This document shows positions 1-9,011 of a stretch of 64,000 bases of DNA, piece after piece; positions within the stretch are counted from its first letter, which is position 1; every line of letters starts with the position of its first letter. The stretch comes from Chloroflexota bacterium. Its GTDB lineage: Bacteria; Chloroflexota; UBA11872; VXOZ01. A program made the translations under genes and the position numbers. The DNA is taken from the NCBI GenBank assembly GCA_964291655.2, contig OZ219802.1:1632001-1696000 (forward strand), read 5' to 3'. The notes under the pieces are model-generated. The model made no database searches and was not told the DNA's origin. It worked only from the letters and a program-made list of their open reading frames with translations.

Positions 1-295
1 CTCTTCGATCGCTTGGGTCCCAGGCGCGGTCCACTAATTCTTTTTCTACCAGGCGATCTACAACCGTCGTCGTGGCGGAGAGCGCTCGCCCCAAATAGGT
101 AGCGATATTTCCCATGCGCAGGGGGCCCGATCGCTCCAGCAAGACCAACGTCTTGATCTGGGGCATGGTCATATCCAGCCCCTCCCATTCGTCAAGGCCG
201 TACGCGTGCATCTGACGATTCAAGTAATCTACGGCATCAATGAATCGCCGAGCCAATTCAGCCTTATGTTCGTCTTGCACAGATCCACCACCCAT
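1..295 (-). CDS. MarR-family transcriptional regulator (3' end runs off the window; start could also be 310 or 280)
   Basis: Manual translation: MGGGSVQDEHKAELARRF...LDMTMPQIKTLVLLERSGPLRMGNIATYLGRALSATTTVVDRLVEKELVDRAWDPSDRR, a typical MarR wHTH with the DxxDRR wing. Confidence 0.88.
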   Translation of the reverse strand, partial: MGGGSVQDEHKAELARRFIDAVDYLNRQMHAYGLDEWEGLDMTMPQIKTLVLLERSGPLRMGNIATYLGRALSATTTVVDRLVEKELVDRAWDPSDRR

Positions 296-783
296 TCTCA
301 AGAACTCCATCGTTCTTGGAACATCGTCGTTCCCTTTCGCTTGCATGATACCAGATAAATGCGCTCTTGTAGAGTAAAGTTCAATCTGACGAGATTTGTC
401 CGGCTTCAGCACAATCTTGGTCTGGCAGATGCGATCCGGCAGTATGAAACACGAACCACAGATTCTGCTATTTCAAGCACGCGCCAGTGCCTTGCCAATC
501 GCCCCAAAAGCGTTCGTTCGGTTCATCCAGAGTCAGCCAGCCGAAAGTCTGGCAAGTCACCGCTCCATCTTGGCTCGGCAGCGATTGCAGGTCTGCTATC
601 TGCTCGAATTCCCTCCTTGAAATGGATTCAAGGTGAGGCGTAAATCGCCTAGCACAGTAATCCGTCTTGAACCTGGTCTGGTATAGTTTCCTAGCAGCTT
701 GAAGGAACCTGGAACGACCTCCTTCGAATCAGACGGCCACCAAATTGGGTCCGAACAATCTTCTACGACATCCATACCTTGCC

Positions 784-1494
784 ATGAGCATTGAACTTAC
801 AACTGCAATTCGTCAAAGCCTCGCTGAAAACGCTAACCCTGAGAAGGCTGCCGGCATGCGGGCGTACATGAAGTCGGCGATGCCGTACCGCGGGGTGCAG
901 ACACCTATCCGCCGCAAACTTGTGCGCGCCGCGTTACGTGCCCATCCTATCGCTACCAGGGATGCGTGGCTCGGCGCAGTGCTCGATCTCTGGCGCAACG
1001 CTGCCTATCGCGAAGAGCGCTATGCCGCCCAGGACGTGACCGGCGCGCCGCAATTCCGCGCTTACCGCACCCTCAAAACCCTGCCGCTTTATGAGGAGAT
1101 GATTGTCAGCGGTGCATGGTGGGACCTGGTGGACGACACGGCTACGCACAAGCTCCGCGAACTCGTGGACCGCTTTCCGGCAGAGATGGCCGCCGCGATG
1201 CGTGTGTGGTGTACGGATGCTGACCTTTGGAAGCGCCGCTCGTCCATCATCTGCCAGGTGAAACGCAAGGAGGCGACCGACCTAGCCCTCCTGTTCGATT
1301 GCATCGAGCCCAACCTGGCCGATTCCGACTTCTTCATCCGCAAGGCCATCGGCTGGGCACTGCGCGACCTGGCCTGGACCGATCTGGATACGGTCGAGGA
1401 CTACGTGGCCCGCAATGCTGATCGTCTCAGCCCGCTCTCCAAGCGCGAAGCTCTCAAGAACGCCGAAACCATCCGCGCTGGAAAAGCGCGCTGA
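784..1494 (+). CDS. DNA alkylation repair protein (AlkD-like HEAT-repeat family)
   Basis: AYMKSAMPYRGV, REERY, WWDLVD, WKRR, FFIRKAIGWALR, LSKREALK motifs; ATG 784 preferred over TTG 745. Confidence 0.88.
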   Translation: MSIELTTAIRQSLAENANPEKAAGMRAYMKSAMPYRGVQTPIRRKLVRAALRAHPIATRDAWLGAVLDLWRNAAYREERYAAQDVTGAPQFRAYRTLKTLPLYEEMIVSGAWWDLVDDTATHKLRELVDRFPAEMAAAMRVWCTDADLWKRRSSIICQVKRKEATDLALLFDCIEPNLADSDFFIRKAIGWALRDLAWTDLDTVEDYVARNADRLSPLSKREALKNAETIRAGKAR

Positions 1495-1741
1495 ACGGAA
1501 AGCCGCTGCGACTTGCCTTACCTGGTCCTTGCCACCTCATGCCAGCGGCAGAACGTGCTTGAACGGCATTACATTGTTCTTCAGCACATCACAGCCGTGC
1601 AGCAATCGCCCTGCCACTCCTTCCGTGTCCAACGATGAGTGCCGTATGAGGCGTTGATCAGCTATTTTGTCCGGTTTTGCTTAGGAATCCCATACTTTAT
1701 CTGCATTGACTGAATTTTTCACACAAAATCAATCAACTTAG

Positions 1742-1770
1742 TTGACTTAATTGACTGACAAAGTTAGTAT
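1742..1770 (+). promoter_or_regulatory. sigma70/A promoter overlapped by an Rrf2/IscR-like palindromic site
   Basis: TTGACT-17bp-TAGTAT; overlapping TCAAC-TTA-GTTGA inverted repeat and TTGACT-GACAA-AGTTAG. Confidence 0.55.
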
Positions 1771-1836
1771 GGGCTTGTTTGTACACACGTCTATGCAGTT
1801 TTTCATGGACTTAGTTATCGCAGGAGGGAAATACCG

Positions 1837-2790
1837 ATGCGAAACGGACTATCACGCCGGGGATTGCTCCAAATAACCGCCCTTACCGCCGGGGGCGTGC
1901 TGCTTGCCAGCGCCTGCGGTCAGGTTGTTACGCAAGAGGCAGAGGAGCCGGAAGGTCCGCTCGGCTATGCCAACCCCGATCTTCTGGTGGAGACCGACTG
2001 GCTGGCGGAGAACCTCGGCAAAGAGGGATTGCGCATCATTGACGTGCGCTCGGCGGAAGACTACGCCGCCGGTCACGTGCCCAATGCCATCAATATCCAC
2101 TCGCGAACCTTCATCGATCCCGAAAATGAAGTCAGCGGCATGCTTATTCCACCGGACGCGTTCGCTGCGCTGGTCGGCGCCGCCGGCATCGGCAGCGATT
2201 CGGAAGTCGTGGTTTACGGCAGCGGCAATATCCTTTGGGCGACCCGCGTCTTCTGGGCGCTGGAGCTCTACGGCAATAGGAATGCCAAAGTGCTCAACGG
2301 CGGCTTTGCCAAGTGGGCCGATGAAGAGCGGGATCTGTCCACCGATGTGCCGTCGTTCCCCGCGGCCACCTTTACCATCAGCTTCGATCCGTTCCTGCTC
2401 GGGACGTTCGAAGAGGTGCAGGCGGCTATCGATGACGGGAACGCGGTCATTCTGGATAATCGTTCCGCGGGTGAGTACGCCGGACGCGACGTGCGCGCCG
2501 ACCGCGGCGGTCACATCCCGGGCGCCATCAACCAGGACTGGGTGGTGTACCTTAACGGTGACGACGTGCGCACCCTAAAGTCGGCTGAAGAGCTCACAGA
2601 ACTCTTCGATTCTGCCGGCATCACTGAAGATACCGTGGTCTACGCCCACTGCCAGACCGCGGTGCGGTCGTCGGTGGCTTATTTTGTCGCGCGCCTATTG
2701 GGCTACAACAACGTCCAGAACTACGACGGCGCGTGGTCTGAGTGGGGCAACCGCGAGGATACGGAGATCAATACCGGCTCTAATCCGTAA
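1837..2790 (+). CDS. Tandem-domain sulfurtransferase (rhodanese) with Tat lipoprotein signal
   Basis: SRRGLL twin-arginine, LASAC lipobox, GHVPNA/GHIPGA, catalytic CQTAVRS, YDGAWSEW; SD GGAGGG. Confidence 0.92.
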   Translation: MRNGLSRRGLLQITALTAGGVLLASACGQVVTQEAEEPEGPLGYANPDLLVETDWLAENLGKEGLRIIDVRSAEDYAAGHVPNAINIHSRTFIDPENEVSGMLIPPDAFAALVGAAGIGSDSEVVVYGSGNILWATRVFWALELYGNRNAKVLNGGFAKWADEERDLSTDVPSFPAATFTISFDPFLLGTFEEVQAAIDDGNAVILDNRSAGEYAGRDVRADRGGHIPGAINQDWVVYLNGDDVRTLKSAEELTELFDSAGITEDTVVYAHCQTAVRSSVAYFVARLLGYNNVQNYDGAWSEWGNREDTEINTGSNP

Positions 2791-3115
2791 ACATTGCTGC
2801 GACACTGGGCCAGGTAAATCGGAAAGGACGCATGAATCATCATGCGTCCTTTCTTCATTTCTGGGAAAGCGCGGCAAGTTGGTTTTCTCCTTCAATGGTC
2901 GCCTCGCCGCAGTTCCTGCAGCTAAACTAGGTCCTTCTTGAATGGGTTGGCACGTGCTCACTGAGCATACAAGATGGCTTCCCGTTTTCACGGGAATAAC
3001 GGACAGAATAGCGCATCTTTCGCTGTCGAATCGCATTCTTGTCGCCGTTTTGCACCCTTGCCACCGTGCCGTACTCTCGCAAAACTAACCCATGCCAAGA
3101 GTCCCCTCTCCAGAG

Positions 3116-3373
3116 GAGACCCTCGCATAACCCTACTTTCAAGCAGGGGCACTCCCTCTCCTGGGGGAGAGGGTTGGGGTGAGGGGGTCTATTGCTACGA
3201 TGACCCTTTACTCTGTGCAGTGTCAAGACGTATCAGGGCAGATTCGGTGTGCATATGGAGAGACTTCAGGAGACTCACCCTCACCCCCGTATCACGTACG
3301 GGGCAGGCTCTAGCCCTCTCCAGTCGAGGGAGAGGGGACTATTTCGCTACCGCTTGAGTTGCGCAAAGGTTTC
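3116..3373. mobile_element. MITE with GAGACC...GGT(C/T)TC ends (family B) inserted in a CCCTCTCC REP hairpin
   Basis: Ends GAGACCCTCGCATAACCC / GAGTTGCGCAAAGGTTTC; flanking direct repeat CAGAG; near-identical to 8777-9011. Confidence 0.75.
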
Positions 3374-3619
3374 CAGAGGGAGAGGTTTAGAGCCTGCCCC
3401 ATGCGTGATACGGGGATGAAGGGAACTCTTGGGCGTTCAACCAAATTCGCCAGTGTCGCAGATGCACCGCAGACCTTACCCAGCGACTGCACTTCAGAAA
3501 AGTTTACTTGCGCTCCCCTTGTCGTTTGTCCACAATAAAAGCGGCAATACACGTATCGCACAGCGTTCACGTATCCTTTTTGAGGCTGACCCCTGCATCA
3601 ACCGGAGGAGATAGGACCC

Positions 3620-4882
3620 ATGCAGACCGTAGAGCAAGAGCAACTCGCCATCGAGGGCGGCCCCCGCACCGTAGACTACAAGTTCCCCACGAATAGCGAT
3701 ATCAGCGGACGCATGTTCGGCGATGAAGAGATCGCGGAACTAACGGACGTGATCCAGTCGGGCAATCTGAACGTGCTGGGCGGCCCCAAGGTGCGGCAAT
3801 TTGAAGAAGACTGGAAAAAGACTTTCGGCGTCAAGCATGCGGTCACCAGCACCTCCGGCACGGCCGCGCTGCACGTGGGCGTGCTGGCCGTGGGACCCAA
3901 TCCAGGTGACGAAATCATCGTGGCGCCAATCACCGACATCGGCAGCTTGATCGCCATTCTCTACCAGCTTGCCGTGCCGATCTTCGCCGACGTGGACCCG
4001 CTGACGGGCATCATCACCGCCGAGACCATCGAGCCCTGCATCACCGAGCGCACCGTCGCCATCATGGTGGTGCACCTCCAGGGCAACGCGGCAGTCATGG
4101 ACCCCATTGTGGAGTTGGCCCGCAAGCATAACCTGCTGGTGATCGAGGACTGCTCCCAGGCGCACATGGCGGCGTACAACGGCCGCTACGCCGGCACCAT
4201 CGGCGACATCGGATGTTACTCCTTCCAGCAAAGCAAGCACATGACCACCGGCGACGGCGGCATGACCGTGACGAACAACGACTACCTGGGCGAGCGCATC
4301 ATGCTGGCGCACAACAAGGGCCGCGGGCGCAGCGGTCGCGAAAGTCAGCCGCCCTTCCTGGCGCCAAATTACCGCATGACGGAATTGCAGGGCGCGGTGG
4401 CGCTGGCGCAGTTACGCAAGCTGCCGACGATTACGGGGCTGCGTACCAAGTGGGGCAATCTGCTGAGCGATCTGGTGGAGGACGTGCCCGGCATCATCCC
4501 ACCCCGCGCGCCGACGCCGGAGAGCACCCACGTCTTTTGGAATTGGTGTCCGCTCGCCAAGCTGGAGGAATTGTCCGTCGGGCTGGACGACTTATCAAAG
4601 GCGTTTGCCCATGAGGGCGTCGGCTTCGGCGCGGGCTACACCCGCACGCCCATCTACGAATACGACGTGCTGAAGAACCGCCGTTTCTTTGGCGAATCGG
4701 CCTACCCGCTGCTCGATCCCGCCAGCGGCCGCGACGTGCGCTACTACACCGGCATGTGCCCGAACGCCGAAGGCATCCTGAAGCGCATGCTCGTGCGGCA
4801 CATCAACGAGAAGTGCACCGAGGAAATGGTCCACGACATGGCGAAAGCCATCCGCAAGGTGTTCACGCACTACGCGAAGTAG
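3620..4882 (+). CDS. DegT/DnrJ/EryC1/StrS family PLP-dependent aminotransferase
   Basis: SGTAALH, GDEII, IEDCSQA, SFQQSKHMTTGDGG (PLP lysine), NYRMTELQGA. Confidence 0.93.
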   Translation: MQTVEQEQLAIEGGPRTVDYKFPTNSDISGRMFGDEEIAELTDVIQSGNLNVLGGPKVRQFEEDWKKTFGVKHAVTSTSGTAALHVGVLAVGPNPGDEIIVAPITDIGSLIAILYQLAVPIFADVDPLTGIITAETIEPCITERTVAIMVVHLQGNAAVMDPIVELARKHNLLVIEDCSQAHMAAYNGRYAGTIGDIGCYSFQQSKHMTTGDGGMTVTNNDYLGERIMLAHNKGRGRSGRESQPPFLAPNYRMTELQGAVALAQLRKLPTITGLRTKWGNLLSDLVEDVPGIIPPRAPTPESTHVFWNWCPLAKLEELSVGLDDLSKAFAHEGVGFGAGYTRTPIYEYDVLKNRRFFGESAYPLLDPASGRDVRYYTGMCPNAEGILKRMLVRHINEKCTEEMVHDMAKAIRKVFTHYAK

Positions 4883-4957
4883 GGGGATCAGTAAGGTTCT
4901 TGGCACGCGGGAACTCTTGGATGTTGCAAACACTGGGTTGCATTTGTTGTCATTCCC

Positions 4958-5211
4958 TGCAATTGTCAGGTTATTCATTGACAGATTTGAGAATACAAGC
5001 AACTGAACGCAGTACTCTACATGAACAGTACACATGTCATTCCGAGCGGAGCGCAGCGAAGAGTCGCTCGGAGCGCGGAATCTAAGAATTTGAGCCTATT
5101 GGACGACACGTTGCATGGGCCCTAGATTCCTCGTTCCGCTCGAAATGACATGATCTGTCAACACTGCAAATTTGGGAGAGAATTCTGTCAACGAATTACT
5201 CAACGCTTACA
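4958..5211. mobile_element. MITE with TG(T/C)A...TACA ends (family A) carrying a GTCATTCCGAGCG REP doublet
   Basis: Ends TGCAATTGTCAGGTTATTCATTGACAG / CTGTCAACGAATTACTCAACGCTTACA; splits a GTCATTCC|GAGCG REP; close to 18338-18605. Confidence 0.72.
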
Positions 5212-5416
5212 ATACCGAGCGAAGCGTCAAACCCTGTTCGCGGAATCTAGGCACCCTGCCAAGTGGACTGAATTCGCTTGCCCTAGAATGCTGAGAGGTG
5301 AGCGCCCTTGACCGTCGTTCCTGTGAGAGCGGGGTTCCAAGGGCAGGTCGTTGGTGCCAATGCCGTCTATATTGACGAGTTGAATAACTAGGTAGGGGCA
5401 TCGGTTGTGCCAAGAG

Positions 5417-5440
5417 GCGGGGGACAAGCCCCCGCGCTAC
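5417..5440 (-). repeat. GTAG-type REP (GTAGCGCGGGGGCTTGTCCCCCGC); other copies near 37729, 58247 and 63029
   Basis: GTAG foot plus palindrome, four dispersed intergenic copies. Confidence 0.8.
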
Positions 5441-5502
5441 GTTCCGCTAAGGAGAGCCGGACGCACACTGGCAAATGCCCAGCGGGAGAAAGCGAGTAAA
5501 GC

Positions 5503-6417
5503 GTGAAAATCTACATCTTTGCCGACCAAGAGGGCGTGGCCGGGGTCTTCAACCGCCGGGAAGGCTACCTGAACGCCAGCGAGTACGCCACCATGGAACT
5601 GGCGGCGATCTGCGAAGCGCTCCTGGACAACGGCGTCACGGAAATCGTCCTGAACACCATCCACATCATGGAGTACCACAAGCTGCCTAAACCGGTGCAA
5701 GTTATTCACGGCCTGCCCCGGCACGACATCTTCACCGAACTGCTCGACGAGAGCTTCGACGCCGGTATGCTTGTCGGCTTTCATGAGATGGCCGGCAACC
5801 GCGAGAAGGGCTGCTGGCGCCACAGTATTCTTCCTCACCCAATTACGCGCGCTTATAGTGCGGTTGAAGGCATCTGGCTGAACGACCTGCTCGTCGGCGA
5901 AATCGGCATCTTTGTAGCGTTCGCGGGCATTCACAATGTGCCGGCGGTGCTCAACACAGGCGACTACTGGGCCTGCCTGGAAGCGGAAGACCTGGTGCCC
6001 GGCATCGAGACGGTGGCGGTGAAGAAAGGCACCAGCCACTTCAGCGCCATCTCCATGACGCCTCAGGCCGCGGCGGAGGCGGCGGCGGAAGGCGCGGTGC
6101 GGGCGCTGGGCAAGATCGGCGTGGTCAAACCCCTCAAGCTGGAAGGACCGGTGACGCTCAAGGTGAAGTACACCTTCGCCGAGCGCGCTACCGACGCTAT
6201 GAGCACGGTGGCAGGCGCCTTTCGCATCGACGAACACACCGTCGCGGCCACGTATCCGAGCATCGCCGCGGTACGCGACAACCTGGGCAACCTGCGCGCG
6301 CCTGAGATGGAAATCTACGCGAAAGACTCCGGCTTTGCTCAAACCACCGGCTTCTTCACCCGCACCGGCGGCGAACCGTACGAGAGCAAACCGACCTATC
6401 CGCCGCCGTCGAGGTAA
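5503..6417 (+). CDS. M55 family D-aminopeptidase (DppA-like)
   Basis: N-terminal MKIYIFADQEGVAGV; LVGFH, VGEIG, TGD, ETVAVKKG. Confidence 0.85.
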   Translation: MKIYIFADQEGVAGVFNRREGYLNASEYATMELAAICEALLDNGVTEIVLNTIHIMEYHKLPKPVQVIHGLPRHDIFTELLDESFDAGMLVGFHEMAGNREKGCWRHSILPHPITRAYSAVEGIWLNDLLVGEIGIFVAFAGIHNVPAVLNTGDYWACLEAEDLVPGIETVAVKKGTSHFSAISMTPQAAAEAAAEGAVRALGKIGVVKPLKLEGPVTLKVKYTFAERATDAMSTVAGAFRIDEHTVAATYPSIAAVRDNLGNLRAPEMEIYAKDSGFAQTTGFFTRTGGEPYESKPTYPPPSR

Positions 6418-6643
6418 AACCGCCATAGCCAGGTAGCTGAAATGTAACGTGTTGATTTAGCCAGTCCTGGCTACGAGCACTTGATAGACATGTGTGCAGC
6501 GCCTAGCATGTCATTCAATGCCCTATCGCAGTTCTCTGTTGCGCTTGAATTCACGCTCTCGCGTAAGATTCGCGTGGCGAGCTACCCACTCTCCTAGGTT
6601 CATTCAAGACTCTCCACTTTATTGCCCAACCACTAATCAAGGT

Positions 6644-6683
6644 TCATCAAGACATTGCTTGATGACGTAGTGAGAGCTACAAT
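6644..6683 (+). promoter_or_regulatory. TA operon promoter with operator palindrome
   Basis: TTGCTT-17bp-TACAAT; perfect TCATCAAG-N6-CTTGATGA inverted repeat over the -35. Confidence 0.6.
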
Positions 6684-6706
6684 TGTGACTTAGGAGGGAA
6701 CCGACC

Positions 6707-6934
6707 ATGTCGACAAAAATGCAGAAATTCTCCAGCCAGGCTGACTCTGAGCTTCTGGCTGCTCTTCGCGCAATAGCCAAACAGGATGGGCGACACTTTC
6801 AAGCAATTCTGGAAGATGCCATGCGCGACTACATAGAAGCGCGCAGACATGACAAGCCCCGCACCGCTGTCATGGCGCACTTCCGGGCTAGCCTTGAAAA
6901 GAATCGCCGTCTAGGTGAGTTGCTGGCCAAGTGA
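6707..6934 (+). CDS. Ribbon-helix-helix type antitoxin
   Basis: 75 aa, KFSSQADSELLAALRAIAKQDGRHFQAILEDAMRDYI; overlaps the toxin start by 4 bp; SD AGGAGG. Confidence 0.8.
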   Translation: MSTKMQKFSSQADSELLAALRAIAKQDGRHFQAILEDAMRDYIEARRHDKPRTAVMAHFRASLEKNRRLGELLAK

Positions 6935-7320
6935 AGAGTGAGTTTCCAACGCCAGGGGAGGTCATCGCTATTCATGCTCAGTCAATACTGGAATTCGGCG
7001 GGATCCCCGGCATTCGCGACGAAGCTGCATTGGCATCGGCGCTCATGCGCCCACAACTGGGCTATTACACTGGCGTAGTTCAGGAGGCAGCAGCATTGAT
7101 GGAAAGTCTTGCAAACAATCACCCTTTCATTGACGGCAACAAACGCGCCGCCTTCTACGTAACCGACACTTTTCTTCGCATGAATGGATACTTCATTGAC
7201 TGCGAGGGAGAAGCTGCTTACAAGTACTTCATGGCGTTGTTTGAGGCAGGCTCGTTCCGTTACGCGGCTTTGGAGACATGGTTGAAGGAAAACGTCAAGG
7301 CTTTGCCCACGTTTCAATAA
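6931..7320 (+). CDS. doc: Doc (death-on-curing) family Fic-fold toxin
   Basis: GGIPGIRD, HPFIDGNKRAAF Doc-type motif. Confidence 0.9.
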   Translation: MKSEFPTPGEVIAIHAQSILEFGGIPGIRDEAALASALMRPQLGYYTGVVQEAAALMESLANNHPFIDGNKRAAFYVTDTFLRMNGYFIDCEGEAAYKYFMALFEAGSFRYAALETWLKENVKALPTFQ

Positions 7321-7375
7321 ACGGAAGCAAACCGCACTGCCCGTGGAAGCAATTCAGCAAGTACCCAGAGATAAC

Positions 7376-7415
7376 AAAAGGAGCGCCCGGTGCTCGTGCA
7401 CCGCAAGCGCTCCTT
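7376..7415 (-). terminator. Intrinsic terminator of the small minus-strand transcript
   Basis: Minus strand AGGAGCGC..CGGTGC-ACGA-GCACCG..GCGCTCCT-TTTG. Confidence 0.65.
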
Positions 7416-7445
7416 CAATATCCCTTAGGCCGCTCCGTGGTCTCG

Positions 7446-7493
7446 TTACCGAGACCTGACGGAGGCGGCCCTGGATTTACAACTTACATCCAT
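7446..7493 (-). CDS. Candidate 15-aa small ORF MDVSCKSRAASVRSR within a structured small transcript
   Basis: SD AGAAAGGAGGTGAT upstream; stop codon in the GTAA loop of hairpin 7428-7470; own promoter and terminator. Confidence 0.5.
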   Translation of the reverse strand: MDVSCKSRAASVRSR

Positions 7494-7521
7494 GGGCATC
7501 ACCTCCTTTCTCTTGTGAAAT

Positions 7522-7551
7522 ATCATACAATACCGGCGGGCGCGCTGTCTA
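7522..7551 (-). promoter_or_regulatory. sigma70-like promoter for the small transcript
   Basis: TAGACA-18bp-TATGAT on the minus strand, ~10 nt upstream of the SD. Confidence 0.5.
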
Positions 7552-7601
7552 GCTCGGAATGACAGTGTTTCTTCCCTCCTCACCCCGGCACTCGCCCCCA
7601 G

Positions 7602-7738
7602 GAGAACTTCGCGTTACTCCGTCATTCCGGCGCAAGCCGGAATCCAGGGCGCCTTTACACCTAGAGATAGCATGATTTCAAGTCATTTCACCCCCATCCC
7701 AACCTTCCCCCATAGGTAAAGGGTTATGCGAAGGTCTC
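7602..7738. mobile_element. Short family-B MITE with different internal content
   Basis: Ends GAGAACTTCGCGTTACTCC / GGGTTATGCGAAGGTCTC; direct repeat CCCAG on both sides. Confidence 0.6.
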
Positions 7739-7909
7739 CCCAGGAAGAAGGGAGGCCGTCTCACCGCGGCAGCACAGGTTGCGCGGTACTTTCCACGGAG
7801 AGCGCGTACATCTTGCCCACTTAGGGAAAGGTAGCGCGGGTCTCACCGGGCTAAGGTGGAGTAATCTACGCCTGCGGCGTGGGTCGCGCAGAAGACGCCG
7901 TGCAGCAGG

Positions 7910-8683
7910 CTAGAGTTGGCTCCTGTCCTCTATCAGGTCCGCGCTGTGCAGGAATGCCGTCAGCAGGTTGCGCATTTGCTCCCGGTAGTGGGGTTCGTAG
8001 CGGGTGAACTCCCGCAGGTGGCGGGCGGCTTCTTCATCTGGGTCGAATGCGCTTCCCATCAGCTTGTAGTCGCCAGCCAGTTCCCGGTTCCACGTCTGCA
8101 ACTCCTCCAACGTGAGTTGCGGCTCAAACTGGACTCCGTAAGACTTGCCGTACCGGAATGCCATGTTGATTCTGCGGTAGGACCCGTCGCGGCAGAGCAT
8201 GTTTCCTTCCGCCAGCCGGGTGGTGCCGTGGGGAATGGAGAAACACTCCCCGTGCAGGGTGGGCACCAGGGGGATGGTGAGCTTGCTGAAAACCGGATCG
8301 GCGTCACCGGCGGCCGTCACGTCGAGCTTGCGCAGCCCGAATTGATAGCCGCCCGTCGGCTCCACCGTGCCGCCGAGTGCCGTTGCCATGATCTGCGCCC
8401 CCAGGCAGATGCCCAGCACCGGCACATCCAGGGCCATGGCCCGGCGCAGAAATTCGCGCTCCTGGTGAATGGCGGGGTATGTGTCGTTGGCCGATTGGGG
8501 ACCACCCAGTGCCACTATCACGTCAACCTGCTCCAACGGGGGCGGCGCAAAGCGGTCGAAGGCGGGGGCTGACTCGAAGACGTTCAGGGGATCGAGGTGA
8601 AAGCCGTGCTGCTCCAGCACGCCGCTAAAGTTGGCGGCCAGGGTCTCCGGCGCGGCATGGCGGATGATCAGCGCTCGCTTCAT
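7910..8683 (-). CDS. Type 1 glutamine amidotransferase-like protein (atypical triad)
   Basis: ALGGPQSA, VLGICLGAQIMATALGG; GVQFEPQ in place of GVQFHPE. Confidence 0.85.
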   Translation of the reverse strand: MKRALIIRHAAPETLAANFSGVLEQHGFHLDPLNVFESAPAFDRFAPPPLEQVDVIVALGGPQSANDTYPAIHQEREFLRRAMALDVPVLGICLGAQIMATALGGTVEPTGGYQFGLRKLDVTAAGDADPVFSKLTIPLVPTLHGECFSIPHGTTRLAEGNMLCRDGSYRRINMAFRYGKSYGVQFEPQLTLEELQTWNRELAGDYKLMGSAFDPDEEAARHLREFTRYEPHYREQMRNLLTAFLHSADLIEDRSQL

Positions 8684-8776
8684 GATCTTACTCAGAATAA
8701 GCAACCACAGAGAGTTTAATATGTAGACTTCTGCTTAGAACCTCACCGCAGCGGGAGGATCCCCTCTCCCTTGACG

Positions 8777-9011
8777 GAGAGCTTTGCGTAACCCCACTTT
8801 CAAGCAGGGGCACTCCCTCTCCTGGGGGAGAGGGTTGGGGTGAGGGGGTCTTTTTGCTACGATGGCCCTTTACGCTGGGCAGTGTCAAGATGTATCAGGG
8901 CAGATTTGGTGTGCATATGGAGAGATTTCAGGAGATCCACCCTCACCCTAGCCCTCTCCCGTCGAGGGAGAGGGAACTATTTCGCTACCGCTTGAGTTGC
9001 GCAAAGGTCTC
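8777..9011. mobile_element. Family-B MITE inserted in a REP hairpin loop
   Basis: Ends GAGAGCTTTGCGTAACCC / GAGTTGCGCAAAGGTCTC; direct repeat CTTGACG; empty site CCCCTCTCCC-TTGAC-GGGAGAGGG. Confidence 0.78.

Noticed and set aside
359-743. Small ORFs between the MarR and AlkD-like genes
   Set aside because: No SD, motif or codon bias
2927-3614. Short ORFs with PHPNPLPQ / LTLTP / CHSERS peptides in intergenic regions
   Set aside because: Translations of REP/MITE sequence
7498-7511. ATCACCTCCTTTCT identical to the 16S rRNA 3' end
   Set aside because: Upstream sequence lacks the 16S h45 context (GCGGCTGG); better read as an SD on the minus strand
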